Below are positions 52,431 through 62,518 of a DNA stretch of 64,000 nt, one piece after another (within the stretch, counting starts at the first letter, position 1; each line of letters starts with the position of its first letter). Made by a program: the position numbers and the translations under genes. Source of the DNA: Acidobacteriota bacterium (GTDB lineage Bacteria > Actinomycetota > Acidimicrobiia > ATN3); contig QEUQ01000011.1 of the NCBI GenBank assembly GCA_003577105.1, positions 9,918 through 73,917 on the forward strand. The letters run 5' to 3'. Below the pieces are notes generated by a model, which was given only the letters and a program-made list of their open reading frames with translations, did not search any database and was not told the DNA's origin.

Positions 52431-53489
52431 TTGAGTAAGAGACCTTGGCTGGCGCCCGCAATCCTCTGGGTGGTCCTGACCGGGCTGGGGCTTTGGCTAG
52501 TCACGACCTTCTCGTTTTACCCACCTCGCTTTGCGCACGAGGCCAACGTTTCAGATGACGCATTTCAGCTTCTGCTGATTCTTGCGGTTCCGGTCTTCGC
52601 ATTTGTGATTGCCATGATGATCAGCTCGCTCATCAGTGGGAAGACAGCGAGTGAGCCAAGCGAAGACGGGCCCTATCTCCCTGGAAACCAGACTGCCGTT
52701 GGCGTGTGGATGGTAATCACGGTCAGCCTCACGATCTTGATCATCATCAATCCGGGTCTCGTCGGGCTCGCCCACATGAGAGGCAGCGATGAAGCGGACA
52801 TGGTCGTAGAGATCAGCGGGGCCAAGTGGGCCTGGACGGTCAAGTATCCCGAGCAAGGCGCTATTGCCTCAAAGGAGATGGTCCTTCCGGTTCACAAGCG
52901 GATCCGCTTCGAGGTAACGAGTAAGGACGTAATTCATTCATTCTGGATTCCTGGATTCAGGATCAAAATCGACGCAGTTCCCGGCAAGACGACGGTCACA
53001 ACGGCCACGCCTGACAAGACTGGCTCATATGAAACCGAAGTTGGTCTGAGACTTCAGTGTGCCGAGCTATGCGGCCTCAACCACGCCAGCATGATGATGC
53101 CCGTGAGGGTGGTCGAAGAAGCCGAGTTCGAATCCTGGATCGCAAAGACCCGGGAGGAGGCCTCGAAGTTGCCCGAGGACTGCCCGACGCTCAGCGACAA
53201 CGTGAAGATCTCTGCTTTCAACATTGCCTTCGATACGAAGTGCTTGGTGGTTCCGGCGGGCAAGCCGATTAAGGTGACCTTCGACAACAAGGAGGCAATT
53301 CCCCACAACTTCTCGATCTATTCCGATCCGGAGTACGAGAACTCCCTTTCCAAGGGGGAGATCTTCTCGGGCCCCGCAGAGCGGAGCTTCACGATTGGCC
53401 CGTTTGAAGCCGGCGACGATCGCTTCCAATGCGATCTCCATCCGATTCCGGCAATGCGGGGATTCTTTGTAGTCAGAGAAGGGGCGTAA
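52431..53489 (+). CDS. ctaC: Cytochrome c oxidase subunit II fused to a C-terminal type-1 copper (cupredoxin) domain
   Basis: Two N-terminal TMs. CuA domain DVIHSFWIPGFRIKIDAVPGK and CAELCGLNHASM. An extra roughly 90-aa domain carries PHNFS...CDLHPIPAM (His, Cys-X2-His-X4-Met). Confidence 0.8.
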   Translation: MSKRPWLAPAILWVVLTGLGLWLVTTFSFYPPRFAHEANVSDDAFQLLLILAVPVFAFVIAMMISSLISGKTASEPSEDGPYLPGNQTAVGVWMVITVSLTILIIINPGLVGLAHMRGSDEADMVVEISGAKWAWTVKYPEQGAIASKEMVLPVHKRIRFEVTSKDVIHSFWIPGFRIKIDAVPGKTTVTTATPDKTGSYETEVGLRLQCAELCGLNHASMMMPVRVVEEAEFESWIAKTREEASKLPEDCPTLSDNVKISAFNIAFDTKCLVVPAGKPIKVTFDNKEAIPHNFSIYSDPEYENSLSKGEIFSGPAERSFTIGPFEAGDDRFQCDLHPIPAMRGFFVVREGA

Positions 53490-53494
53490 CACCC

Positions 53495-55327
53495 ATGAAG
53501 CGAGTTGCTCGCGGCCTCGGCCTCGGCATTGCCGGATGGCTAATTGGATTGAACCTCGCTGCTGTGATTCGGGGGACTCAGCATGTAAATGACCAGGCCA
53601 ACATCGGCATTGCCTATGTCTTCGCGCTATCTGGCTGGCTGCTCGGCGTTGGCGTTTGGGATGCCTGGGTGCGCGGATGGCTAGGTTTGAAGCCCAAGGC
53701 GGAAGAGCCGGACGAGGGCTGGCGCCGTTATTTCAGTTTCTGTACGGATCACAAGGTCATCGGTATTCAGTATCTCGTGACGTTTGTGATCGTGTTCCTG
53801 ATTGCCGGTCTGCTCGCGATGTTCATGCGCTGGGAGCTGATGTCTGCCGGCGAGACCATCATGAACAAAGCGACCTTCAACGAGATCATGAGCCTCCACG
53901 GGATCCTCATGATTTCGGTCGCAGTCGCCGGAGTCCTCGGAGGATTCGGCAACTACCTGGTCCCACTTCAAATCGGCGCCGATGACATGGCATTCCCGAG
54001 GCTAAACGCGCTCAGCTACTGGCTGATCCCTCCGGTGGCGATCATGCTGCTTCTTGCCCCACTGGCCGGTGGTTTTGATTCTGGCTGGACCGCCTACCCG
54101 CCGCTCAGCGAGACGAATGACGTGGGTCAGGTGTTCTTCATCTTGGCGATCATCACCTTTGGGCTTTCGTCGATTCTCGGCGGACTGAACTTGCTCACCA
54201 CGGTGACCACGATGCGCGCGAAAGGCATGAAATGGAGCCGGCTGCCAATCTTCACTTGGTCGGTCTTTTCCGCGTCGATTCTTAGCGTGCTGATTACCCA
54301 GTTCTTTGCGGCATCTCTGCTCATGGTCTTTCTCGGCCGCGCCATCGGCATGGGCTTCTTCGATGCCGCGAAGGGTGGCGACCCTATCCTTTACCAGCAC
54401 TTGTTCTGGTTCTACTCGCACCCAGCGGTTTACATAATGATTCTGCCGGGCTTCGGAATTCTCCTGGAAGTCCTGTCTCACTTCTCCCGCAAGCCTCTCT
54501 TTGCTTACAAGCTGACGGTGGGAGCGTTCCTGGCCATCGTCGTACTCTCGGTGGTGGTCTGGGCCCATCACATGTTCACCAGCGGCATGTCAAACACGCT
54601 GCACGGCCCATTCATGATCCTCACCGAGGCGATTTCGGTGCCGACCGGGATCATCTTCTTGTCGGCTCTCGGAACGATCTGGCGCGGCAAGCTGTGGCTC
54701 AAGACACCGATGCTTTTCGCACTCGCGATGGTCTTCAATTTCCTAATAGGCGGCATCACCGGGATCTTCCTTGCGGATGTGGCGACTGACATGAACTTGC
54801 AAGATACGTATTTCGTTGTTGCGCACTTCCACTACACAATCATGGGCGGTGAGATCTTCGCCTTCTTCGCGGGAATTTATTACTGGTACCCGAAGGTCAC
54901 CGGACGCATGTACAACGAGGCCATGGGGAAGATCCACGCGATCTGGATGTTCATCGGCTTCAACGCGGTCTTCATTCCGCTCTTCTATGTCGGAGTGCAG
55001 GGGATGAACCGAAGAGTCGCCGATTACCCCCTTGCGTATGAGAGGGGCAATCTAGTCGCGAGCATCTCCGCGTTTGTCTTGGGGTGCTCATTCCTCTTGT
55101 TCACCTGGAACATGATCTGGAGCCGATTCAAGGGCGAGAAGGCCCCGTCCAATCCGTGGAATGCCACGACCCTTGAGTGGATGACCGAGTCGCCACCGCC
55201 AGAGCACAACTTCGAGGGCACTCCCGTCGTCCACGATTCGCCCTATGTGTACGGTCTCGAAGATGGGCTTCATGCGGAACTCGGTGAGCAAGAGCCCGAG
55301 CTGGTTGGCGCAGGGAGGCCCGAATGA
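53495..55327 (+). CDS. ctaD: Cytochrome c oxidase subunit I
   Basis: WFYSHPAVYIMILPGFG, VWAHHMFTSG and HFHYTIMGG are heme-copper oxidase signatures. ATG53495 was chosen. Confidence 0.92.
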   Translation: MKRVARGLGLGIAGWLIGLNLAAVIRGTQHVNDQANIGIAYVFALSGWLLGVGVWDAWVRGWLGLKPKAEEPDEGWRRYFSFCTDHKVIGIQYLVTFVIVFLIAGLLAMFMRWELMSAGETIMNKATFNEIMSLHGILMISVAVAGVLGGFGNYLVPLQIGADDMAFPRLNALSYWLIPPVAIMLLLAPLAGGFDSGWTAYPPLSETNDVGQVFFILAIITFGLSSILGGLNLLTTVTTMRAKGMKWSRLPIFTWSVFSASILSVLITQFFAASLLMVFLGRAIGMGFFDAAKGGDPILYQHLFWFYSHPAVYIMILPGFGILLEVLSHFSRKPLFAYKLTVGAFLAIVVLSVVVWAHHMFTSGMSNTLHGPFMILTEAISVPTGIIFLSALGTIWRGKLWLKTPMLFALAMVFNFLIGGITGIFLADVATDMNLQDTYFVVAHFHYTIMGGEIFAFFAGIYYWYPKVTGRMYNEAMGKIHAIWMFIGFNAVFIPLFYVGVQGMNRRVADYPLAYERGNLVASISAFVLGCSFLLFTWNMIWSRFKGEKAPSNPWNATTLEWMTESPPPEHNFEGTPVVHDSPYVYGLEDGLHAELGEQEPELVGAGRPE

Positions 55328-55551
55328 CGACTCCAAGCCAGGCAGACATCGCGTTTGAGCGTGGGCGCCGCCGCATCGGATGGGCGGTCTTCTCGGCGCT
55401 AGCCGTCTTGACAGTAGTCGAGTACCTAATGGCTGTGAACCTCTCCAAGGTGCTTCTTTGGATGATTCCGATGGCGATCGCCAAGGCCGCTCTGATTGTC
55501 ATCTACTTCATGCACATCCGAGAGCTGTGGCATGCAGAGGAGGAGATCTGA
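55324..55551 (+). CDS. Cytochrome c oxidase subunit IV-like small membrane protein
   Basis: 75 aa, two TMs, AKAALIVIYFMHI motif. Overlaps both neighbouring genes. Confidence 0.65.
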   Translation: MTTPSQADIAFERGRRRIGWAVFSALAVLTVVEYLMAVNLSKVLLWMIPMAIAKAALIVIYFMHIRELWHAEEEI

Positions 55552-56138
55552 TGGCGGCGGCAACCGTTGAAGCAGCGGGGCATCACGACACGCTCGATCC
55601 GAAGACGCGCTTGCGTGCCAATCGCCTCGGGCTATGGATCTTCATTGCATCCGAGAGTTTTCTGTTTGCAGCAGTAATTGCGGCTAGGTTCTACCTCTTG
55701 GGAGTGGACCGGCCCGAACACCTCAATCAAGAGCTGGCACTGCTGATTACAGCGGTGCTACTTCTCTCGTCGGTATCTGCGTTCCGGGCGGAGGACGCGA
55801 TGGCCCACAACGACAGGCCCGCGTTCTTCCGCAACATGAGCGCGACCCTCTTCTTCGGACTTGTCTTCATGGTTGGGGTGTTCTTCGAGTACCGGGAGGG
55901 CATGGAATTCTTCCCGCCTCAGACTCTTTACGGCAGCGTCTTTTTCATTACGATTGGCTTGCACGCGTTTCATGTGCTCACAGGCATGATCGCTCTGGCA
56001 CTGGTCATCAACCTTGCGGCAAAGGGTCACTACGGCAGAGACGACTACTGGGGGGTTGAGGCGACGGTCAAGTATTGGCATTTCGTCGACGTCGCATGGG
56101 TCTTCATCTACCCGGCGCTCTACCTCGTTAGCTGGTAG
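55551..56138 (+). CDS. ctaE: Cytochrome c oxidase subunit III
   Basis: LGLWIFIASESFLFAA, GLHAFHVLTGMIAL and YWHFVDVAWVFIY. ATG55551 overlaps the preceding stop. Confidence 0.88.
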   Translation: MAAATVEAAGHHDTLDPKTRLRANRLGLWIFIASESFLFAAVIAARFYLLGVDRPEHLNQELALLITAVLLLSSVSAFRAEDAMAHNDRPAFFRNMSATLFFGLVFMVGVFFEYREGMEFFPPQTLYGSVFFITIGLHAFHVLTGMIALALVINLAAKGHYGRDDYWGVEATVKYWHFVDVAWVFIYPALYLVSW

Positions 56139-56141
56139 GCA

Positions 56142-56750
56142 TCAGTAGTCCATGACCTCGGAGAGGATCGCAGCTTCTCGCTTCTTGAACTCTTCGTCAG
56201 TTATCAGCCCCGCCTCGTGTAGTTCGTGAAGCTTGCCAATTTGCACTGAGGGTGGCTGCGCAGGTGCCGCCTTGGGCGTGGCTTCGGCCTGAGCCGGTGT
56301 GGCATCGGGGTCGTCCTCAAAGAACTCCTCACCTGCTGGAGCTTCGATGGGGTCAATGAAGGGTTCGATCGCGGAGGCAATGTCACCGGCTCGCTCTTTG
56401 GGGATCACCTTTATCTTGAGGACTTTGCCGTCTGAGCGATGCGGCCCTACCTTGAGCATGCCGTAGCCCAGAGGCGTGACACCTGACGTCACCCAGCCGA
56501 TCTCGCGCATTGGAATCGAACGACTCTTGGAATCCAGGCGGGCCTTGTCGATGAATATCAACCGCTGGTCTGTTACGGCTATCAGCCCAAAGCGGCCCAA
56601 TAGCGCGCCACGCGAGACCGTGATCGGAGCTTCTCCGGGTTCGAGTTCGCCAACGAGGCTCGAAAGCTCGCGCCTGACTGCGATTCGACCGGTGGCGGTT
56701 AGGTAAGCGCCAGCCGCCTCTTCGACGCTAGCGCTCGGATTCTCGCTCAC
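56142..56750 (-). CDS. PH-like domain protein with C-terminal SHOCT domain
   Basis: IGKLHELHEAGLITDEEFKKREAAIL is a SHOCT motif. The N-terminal region resembles YokE-type bacterial PH domains. Confidence 0.6.
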   Translation of the reverse strand: MSENPSASVEEAAGAYLTATGRIAVRRELSSLVGELEPGEAPITVSRGALLGRFGLIAVTDQRLIFIDKARLDSKSRSIPMREIGWVTSGVTPLGYGMLKVGPHRSDGKVLKIKVIPKERAGDIASAIEPFIDPIEAPAGEEFFEDDPDATPAQAEATPKAAPAQPPSVQIGKLHELHEAGLITDEEFKKREAAILSEVMDY

Positions 56751-59313
56751 CGCCCAATTCTACGACGATTCGCCCGGTTGTACCGTTTATGCAGGCTTCG
56801 GCTGTCTCGCCGAGCAGTTTCATTGCGTCAGGCACTCCCATTACCGCGGGGATTCCATACTCCCTCGCGAGCAGAGCTCCGTGACTCAAGATCCCTCCGG
56901 TTTCGGTCACTACTCCACCGAGCATCGGAAATACACTGGTCCACCCGGGGTCTATGGTCTCGGACACCAAGATGTCACCCGGTTCGACCGCATCGAGTTC
57001 GTCGATGCGCCTAATCACCCGGACTCGCCCGCGACTCTCACCGCGCGATGCTCCCAACCCAGTCAGGATTCCCTCCTCGGCCTCTCCTGCCTGTTCGCTT
57101 GCTATAGGGCGACCCTCGGCAATCTCACCTTCGGTCTCGACGTCATCAAATAGGTACGTCGCCGGAAGTCTGTCCTTCCAGACCATCCAGTCTTCGATGC
57201 GCTCGCTGACTGCCGACGTGAGTGATTCCTCAGGATGTGGTGAGCGAGCCTGGTCGAAGAGTTCGTCGGCCTCGAGAAAGACGACGTCCTCGGGCTTGCC
57301 GATTACAGCTTCTCTCGCGAGGCGCCGCCCCATCTCCAGTACCAGCTGACGGCAGTGGGCAAGGAGATAATCCAAGTGATAGCGCTGGTCCTCCCTGTAG
57401 CGCGTGAAGGTCTGAGTTCGCTCGATGATTTGAGATAGCAGCGCGCGCTTTATGGGTCCGGCAATTCCCTTCGATGCGAGTTTGAGTGCTCTTGACTCGG
57501 CCTCAACGCGGCGAGCTTCGGCCTTTGATTCGAGTTCGAGCGGATCCGGCGAGCCCTCCGGCATGTGAAGTTGGGCCCTGACGAACCCGATCACGATCTC
57601 AGGGCTTTCAGCCCAGCGCTCTTCGGCGATTTCTCTCGAAGCAGAGCGATGTCCGTGTTCGCTCATGAAGCGATCGAACTCGCCCCAAAACGGGGCCTCC
57701 TCCGTTGAGCTGCGGAGTTCATCGTAGGCAACCCCACCGAGGATTCCCCTTACAACCTCATCTGAAGATCTTGCCAAGGTACCCAGACGCCAGACGTCAC
57801 GGTTGATCTCTGCGGTCCGCATGCCGGGCAGGCCGCTGACGATGTCCCTGTAAAGGCTGGCGTCCTTGTCGCCGCACCACCCGCGTAGCAAACCTTGACT
57901 AAGTGAGTGAAGCATCGCCGAGTGCTGCCCCATTCCCCACCTGATGACCCGAAAGTGTTCGCCACCAAAATCATCAATCTCGTCAATCTGTTCAAACCAC
58001 TCGTCGGTGGTCAGGGCTGTGTAGTCCTGGTTCAGTTTTGGTTTGATCGATTGCTCGATCTTCGAGCAGTGCTCCTCGAGCGCCTTGACGTTGCGCGCCA
58101 TGGGGCCGCGCGGATCAGTTAGGGGAAGGGTGAGCATTCTGACCATGCGGATCGGATCGAACTTGGCCGCCTTGATCTGCTCATTCCACAGCGGGGTGAA
58201 CCAGCCCTGATCCCCAACGCCTCCAGCAGATCGAGTCGAGGGTGGCATGGCTTGGAGCATCCAGCGGATATAGCTTCCACTTATGTAGACATATCCGTGG
58301 TACCGGCGAAGTGGATCTACCTTAGCCATGTCTTGACGGCCCACCCGGCGGCTGAAGTCCATGAAGAGCCACTCGCTTATCCAGCGAGTGAGAAACGTGT
58401 GACCGAGAGGCGATGTCCAGCTCGAGAGGTACTCGTCGCCAAATCGGCGCGACCAGACTTCCGCGGGGTGCTTGGGGGGCAAACCTGTTATCGGCCGAAC
58501 CTGAAGTGTGTAGAGCTTGTTTCGCTCGAAGGCCCATTCGCAGTCTTGAGCCTCACCGATCTCAGACTCCAGCTTTCGTGCGAGTTCGACCACGGCCCGA
58601 AGCTGAGAATCTGATAGCGCACGCTTCTTGGAGCGCTGTGGCGAAACCTCCTTCTCGGCGGTGCCGTTCGAGTCGCCGATCACAATCTCGACTGCCTTCT
58701 TGCCGATGTGGGTCTCGATCAACTCGCCTGACTCGGAATCAACTACCAAGTGATCTGGATCTACACGCCCCGAGACGATTCCCTCGCCAAGGCCATATGC
58801 GGCGTCGATTACGAAATCCAGCGCAAATGGCCGGCGGGGATTCACCGTAAGTAAGACGCCTGAGACTTGGGGCGAAAGCTGGCGCTGAATCACCAGTGCA
58901 ATCTCGCCGGTGCTCTGGCCACTGTGATCGCGGTAGGCCCTTGCGTGCTCGGTATCGAAAGCCTCCGTACATCGCTTGATGGCATCGGAGAGCCCAGCTG
59001 GGTCCTTCACGCCGAGAATCGTCAAATAGACACCAGCTGCCGACGTACCTTCGAGATCTTCAACCGTTGCTGAGCTTCTGACGGCGAGGAGTGCCTCGCG
59101 CCGCCTGTCAGCAGATTCGATCTCCGACCAGATTGCCTCGATCTCATCTTCCGTGGGAGATGTGGCCCCAGCCGGCAGGCACCATGCATCTGGCACCTCG
59201 AGGCCTGCTCGCATAAGGCGAATCAAGCCACATGCTTTTCCACCAAAGCGCTCGACATCTTCGGGTGTCTCGGCCGTTAGGCGAATTGCCACGGCACCGT
59301 GTGGCTCCGTCAT
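56728..59313 (-). CDS. PEP-utilising enzyme with rifampin-phosphotransferase-like architecture (N-terminal ATP-grasp, large middle domain, C-terminal swivel His domain)
   Basis: 861 aa. FGGKACGLIRLMRAGLEVPDAW (PPDK_N type ATP-grasp) and the C-terminal phosphohistidine motif TGGILSHGALLAREYGIPAVMG. Confidence 0.65.
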   Translation of the reverse strand: MTEPHGAVAIRLTAETPEDVERFGGKACGLIRLMRAGLEVPDAWCLPAGATSPTEDEIEAIWSEIESADRRREALLAVRSSATVEDLEGTSAAGVYLTILGVKDPAGLSDAIKRCTEAFDTEHARAYRDHSGQSTGEIALVIQRQLSPQVSGVLLTVNPRRPFALDFVIDAAYGLGEGIVSGRVDPDHLVVDSESGELIETHIGKKAVEIVIGDSNGTAEKEVSPQRSKKRALSDSQLRAVVELARKLESEIGEAQDCEWAFERNKLYTLQVRPITGLPPKHPAEVWSRRFGDEYLSSWTSPLGHTFLTRWISEWLFMDFSRRVGRQDMAKVDPLRRYHGYVYISGSYIRWMLQAMPPSTRSAGGVGDQGWFTPLWNEQIKAAKFDPIRMVRMLTLPLTDPRGPMARNVKALEEHCSKIEQSIKPKLNQDYTALTTDEWFEQIDEIDDFGGEHFRVIRWGMGQHSAMLHSLSQGLLRGWCGDKDASLYRDIVSGLPGMRTAEINRDVWRLGTLARSSDEVVRGILGGVAYDELRSSTEEAPFWGEFDRFMSEHGHRSASREIAEERWAESPEIVIGFVRAQLHMPEGSPDPLELESKAEARRVEAESRALKLASKGIAGPIKRALLSQIIERTQTFTRYREDQRYHLDYLLAHCRQLVLEMGRRLAREAVIGKPEDVVFLEADELFDQARSPHPEESLTSAVSERIEDWMVWKDRLPATYLFDDVETEGEIAEGRPIASEQAGEAEEGILTGLGASRGESRGRVRVIRRIDELDAVEPGDILVSETIDPGWTSVFPMLGGVVTETGGILSHGALLAREYGIPAVMGVPDAMKLLGETAEACINGTTGRIVVELGGERESER

Positions 59314-59327
59314 CTCGGTGGCGCCGG

Positions 59328-60329
59328 CTAGCGGCGCAAGACCCTCACGGCGTCAATGACCAGCGAGGGTATACGAACCACGGTCTCAATTACGCTGGGG
59401 CGCCAGACGTGCTCGAGCATTCCGTACCCTTCGTGTTTGGTGTCGCCGTCAGTCAGTGTGAACTCGCAATGAGTCTCCTGCAGCCAGGAGCCCGATCTGA
59501 CGAGCGGGAAATGACCAAGTGCTCGTGCCTCGAGGACGTACTCCTTGCCGCTCTCCGTTACTACTTCGGTGCGCGCCGACTTCATGACGTGAGGCGTGCC
59601 CGCCCAGGTGAATTCGGTCTCAGCTGAGGCCACGCCGTCGTTCTCGCCGCCGTTGAAGACAAATCCGTTGTCTAGCCGTTTTGCGCCTTCATGCCCCCGG
59701 ACCTCTTCGTCGCCGTCGGGTCGCTCGAAGGTCTGGGTCACGTTGATCGTCAGGTCCTCGGAGAACTGAGCGCTAATCCAATTCCAGCCAAGTGTCTTGT
59801 TCCACGCCCGCACTCCCCAGGACTTGTCTCGCTGTCCGAGGCCATTGACTTCGATCTTGGACTTCTTGAACTCGGTCCAGCCCGTGACCTTCACGCTCTG
59901 TTCAAAATGAGCTGCCGTCATGGTCTCCGAGATCTTCCGCTCGCCCTCGTTGAAATCGAATACAGGAGTGAAGGACTCAAAGAGCAAGTCCATAGAGTCC
60001 TTGCCGCTCAATCCAAGGCGCCACTTCTTAAATGGCTCCTCCATGGTGACTGTGAATCGCTTAGCTCTCAGCCCTTCTTCAGGGGTGATCTCGCCCCAGG
60101 GCTCTTCTTGGTCGACATCGACAGGGGGGTAGACGAACTCGGGCTTGCCATTGCGGATCGTGAGGATCAGCCCGTCGATCTTGCCCGTGTCACCCGCGTT
60201 GGGGCGATAGCCGATCCGAGCGAGGCCGAAGTAGTCATGTTCGGGGTCCGCCCAGTTGAAGTACCAAGACTCCTGCCAATCGTCTTCGGTCCCCGGGTCG
60301 TGAAGGAATTCGTCTTCGGGCTTTAGCAT
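59328..60329 (-). CDS. Hypothetical protein (333 aa)
   Basis: Long GC3-rich ORF that looks beta-rich. No motif I can name. Confidence 0.5.
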   Translation of the reverse strand: MLKPEDEFLHDPGTEDDWQESWYFNWADPEHDYFGLARIGYRPNAGDTGKIDGLILTIRNGKPEFVYPPVDVDQEEPWGEITPEEGLRAKRFTVTMEEPFKKWRLGLSGKDSMDLLFESFTPVFDFNEGERKISETMTAAHFEQSVKVTGWTEFKKSKIEVNGLGQRDKSWGVRAWNKTLGWNWISAQFSEDLTINVTQTFERPDGDEEVRGHEGAKRLDNGFVFNGGENDGVASAETEFTWAGTPHVMKSARTEVVTESGKEYVLEARALGHFPLVRSGSWLQETHCEFTLTDGDTKHEGYGMLEHVWRPSVIETVVRIPSLVIDAVRVLRR

Positions 60330-60365
60330 GCTGCCCCCAAATCGGGTCGGTCAGGAACTGTCAAT

Positions 60366-61271
60366 CTATCTGAAGCCGCGGCCGCGCACCCCGTGACTGT
60401 AGAAGAAGTCCACCAGTTCATCGTTTGAGCGAACCCGAGAGCGGTCGAAGATCTCCCGATGCACGATCTCGGCGAGAGGGCGGCGCGGCCTGGGCATCTG
60501 CTCGTGGCGAGGGTAGCCGACGAGGAACATCGTCGGCATTACGAAATGCTCCGGAACCTCGAAGATCTCACGTATTCGTGCGTCGGCCATTGGGTGGCCC
60601 ATTGTGTAGTTGGTCGCGGCCAGCCCGAGCTGAGTCGCCATGAGCCACATATTCTCAATGCACATGGCAATCGACTGTTCAAGCATGTGGCGCCGGGTTT
60701 CTCGTGGCATGGGATGCGGATATGCGGCCGTAGCGCGGATGTCTCCATATGGCATAACGATGACCGGCGTTGACAACAGGTACCTCGGGTTGGAGTACCC
60801 CGGGAAGGTTGGGTCAATTCCCTTCATGAGCGCGACCTGCTGACTGAGGATCCCAACGAGATCTCGCTTCGCGCCCTCCTCGGTCACAACTACAAATTCC
60901 CACGGCTGGGCAATGCCGGCTGAAGGCGCCCATCGGCCAGCTTCAAGGATCAGCTCGACGTGCTCTTCTGGAATCGGCCGGCCGTCGAAGGCCCTGCAGG
61001 AGCGGCGCGCCTTCATGACCTCTAGCAGTCGTCCCGCCGCTTTTTCGTCGGGCGATATCGCTTTGGGATGTGCGTCTTGGCCGGCCATGACCGGCTCGAC
61101 CCTCCGGGCGTTTTCTCGACTGATCGCCATAGCGGTGTAGTGCTGGTCATCAACTGCCTGCTCTACCGCGTTCACCGGAGCAGATTCGAGGCGCTCCCTA
61201 AGTGCGGCTACGGCCTCGAGGTCTACCGGCTCGAGAGATGGTCTAGTGCGCCCTGGTGATTGACTGCTCAT
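60366..61271 (-). CDS. Nitroreductase family protein
   Basis: RRSCRAFDGRPIPEEHVELILEAGRWAPSAGIAQPWEFVVV is the nitroreductase FMN-binding signature. Confidence 0.75.
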   Translation of the reverse strand: MSSQSPGRTRPSLEPVDLEAVAALRERLESAPVNAVEQAVDDQHYTAMAISRENARRVEPVMAGQDAHPKAISPDEKAAGRLLEVMKARRSCRAFDGRPIPEEHVELILEAGRWAPSAGIAQPWEFVVVTEEGAKRDLVGILSQQVALMKGIDPTFPGYSNPRYLLSTPVIVMPYGDIRATAAYPHPMPRETRRHMLEQSIAMCIENMWLMATQLGLAATNYTMGHPMADARIREIFEVPEHFVMPTMFLVGYPRHEQMPRPRRPLAEIVHREIFDRSRVRSNDELVDFFYSHGVRGRGFR

Positions 61272-62518
61272 TGCTGATCATCGCCAATACTTGCGGCAAT
61301 CTCGGCTGCCGCTTCGAAATCCCCCGTGTAGACAGCCTCAAATGCCTCTCCGACGCCATGAAGCCCGCGTTCGAATTCGGCAGTGCCAGGAGCGTGGCGC
61401 GAAACAACTTTGCCGACCAGACCGCTCAGCGAAGTTCTGAGATCGTCGAAGCCGGCGGGTACTCGAGGCCGCCGGGAGTCGCGGTCCAAGAGTGCCGGAA
61501 AGGGGGAGTGCGGTTCGGCTTGATACCAGTAACCGACTGCGGCGTAGTCGTTTTCGAAGTTATTTGCATGGCCGTGCTCGACAGTAGCCTTGACTGATTC
61601 AGAGAATCGGACGGGGTCGTGCAGGAACCACCGGTACATAGCTGACTTCCCTTTCCAGAGCTCCCCATCGAGGTGCTCGATGAGGTGAAACCCATGGGTG
61701 GGCCCTCCGTATTCAGTCTCCGGGCATGCGCCGCCCCCGAAGATCTCCTCGGTGCCGGTGCCGTGAATCGGAGGAGGCCATGCCAAACCGTCGATGAACC
61801 ACATGTCGTCTCCTTCGCCCCACCAGCCGCCGGCAATGTTGTCCACTTGAAGGTGAAGCCCGACTACTTGCCCCGCTCCGGTGGCTTCGAGCATCACAAA
61901 GTTCTCGGCGCCATCGAGGTTGGTGCCGGGCCAGAGCTGGCGATTGGTCATCTTGGGTTCTGATGACTTGGTGGTCGTCTCGCGCCGCCACTGCGCATGG
62001 AAGCGTCCGACCTCTGCTCCGGGGGCCTGATCAAGTTCTTCGTAGTTGATGTGATACCAGAGGGCGCCGAGAACTCCGCCGAGAGCAGCCTCGCCCTGGT
62101 GCTCAATGACGATTTGTGCGCGCGTTGCAAAAGGCATCGGGAAGTAAGCGTTAAAGCCGTGCGATCCGGGCGTACCCGGATTGACTGTCACCAGTGACGA
62201 TGCGAAGTCCTTGATCCGGCAGTGGGGCAGAGCGAAGAAGTCCCCCAAGGGAACTTCAACGCTGGGAGTAGGTTCGTCGTCCCAATACATCCGCAAGATC
62301 GCGTCGCGCAGGTCGAAGGGGTCGGCATGCGCGAGTGCACAGTAGATGTGGGTGATGAGCCCCGGACCCTTGATGTCAGCCAGAGTTGCGGTCGCCCCTG
62401 CGTCAATTCTCAGCCAGTCGTTGTTACCCCCACTCCGGTCCCACGACGAGATTCGTCGCGAGCGTTCCGTGCCCAGCGTGTAGAGATTGCGGAGCGGGTG
62501 AGTTTCAAGTGAGCTCAT
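61268..62518 (-). CDS. DUF2961 / GH172-family protein
   Basis: ISSWDRSGGNNDWLRIDAG...LADIKGPGLITHIY matches the DUF2961 N-terminal signature. 416 aa. Confidence 0.65.
   Translation of the reverse strand: MSSLETHPLRNLYTLGTERSRRISSWDRSGGNNDWLRIDAGATATLADIKGPGLITHIYCALAHADPFDLRDAILRMYWDDEPTPSVEVPLGDFFALPHCRIKDFASSLVTVNPGTPGSHGFNAYFPMPFATRAQIVIEHQGEAALGGVLGALWYHINYEELDQAPGAEVGRFHAQWRRETTTKSSEPKMTNRQLWPGTNLDGAENFVMLEATGAGQVVGLHLQVDNIAGGWWGEGDDMWFIDGLAWPPPIHGTGTEEIFGGGACPETEYGGPTHGFHLIEHLDGELWKGKSAMYRWFLHDPVRFSESVKATVEHGHANNFENDYAAVGYWYQAEPHSPFPALLDRDSRRPRVPAGFDDLRTSLSGLVGKVVSRHAPGTAEFERGLHGVGEAFEAVYTGDFEAAAEIAASIGDDQQ

Noticed and set aside
61942-61952. Possible self-targeting: spacers 7 and 10 share GATTGGTCATC with the DUF2961 gene
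   Set aside because: Only 11 contiguous nucleotides match, which is compatible with chance in 64 kb. There is no extended complementarity.
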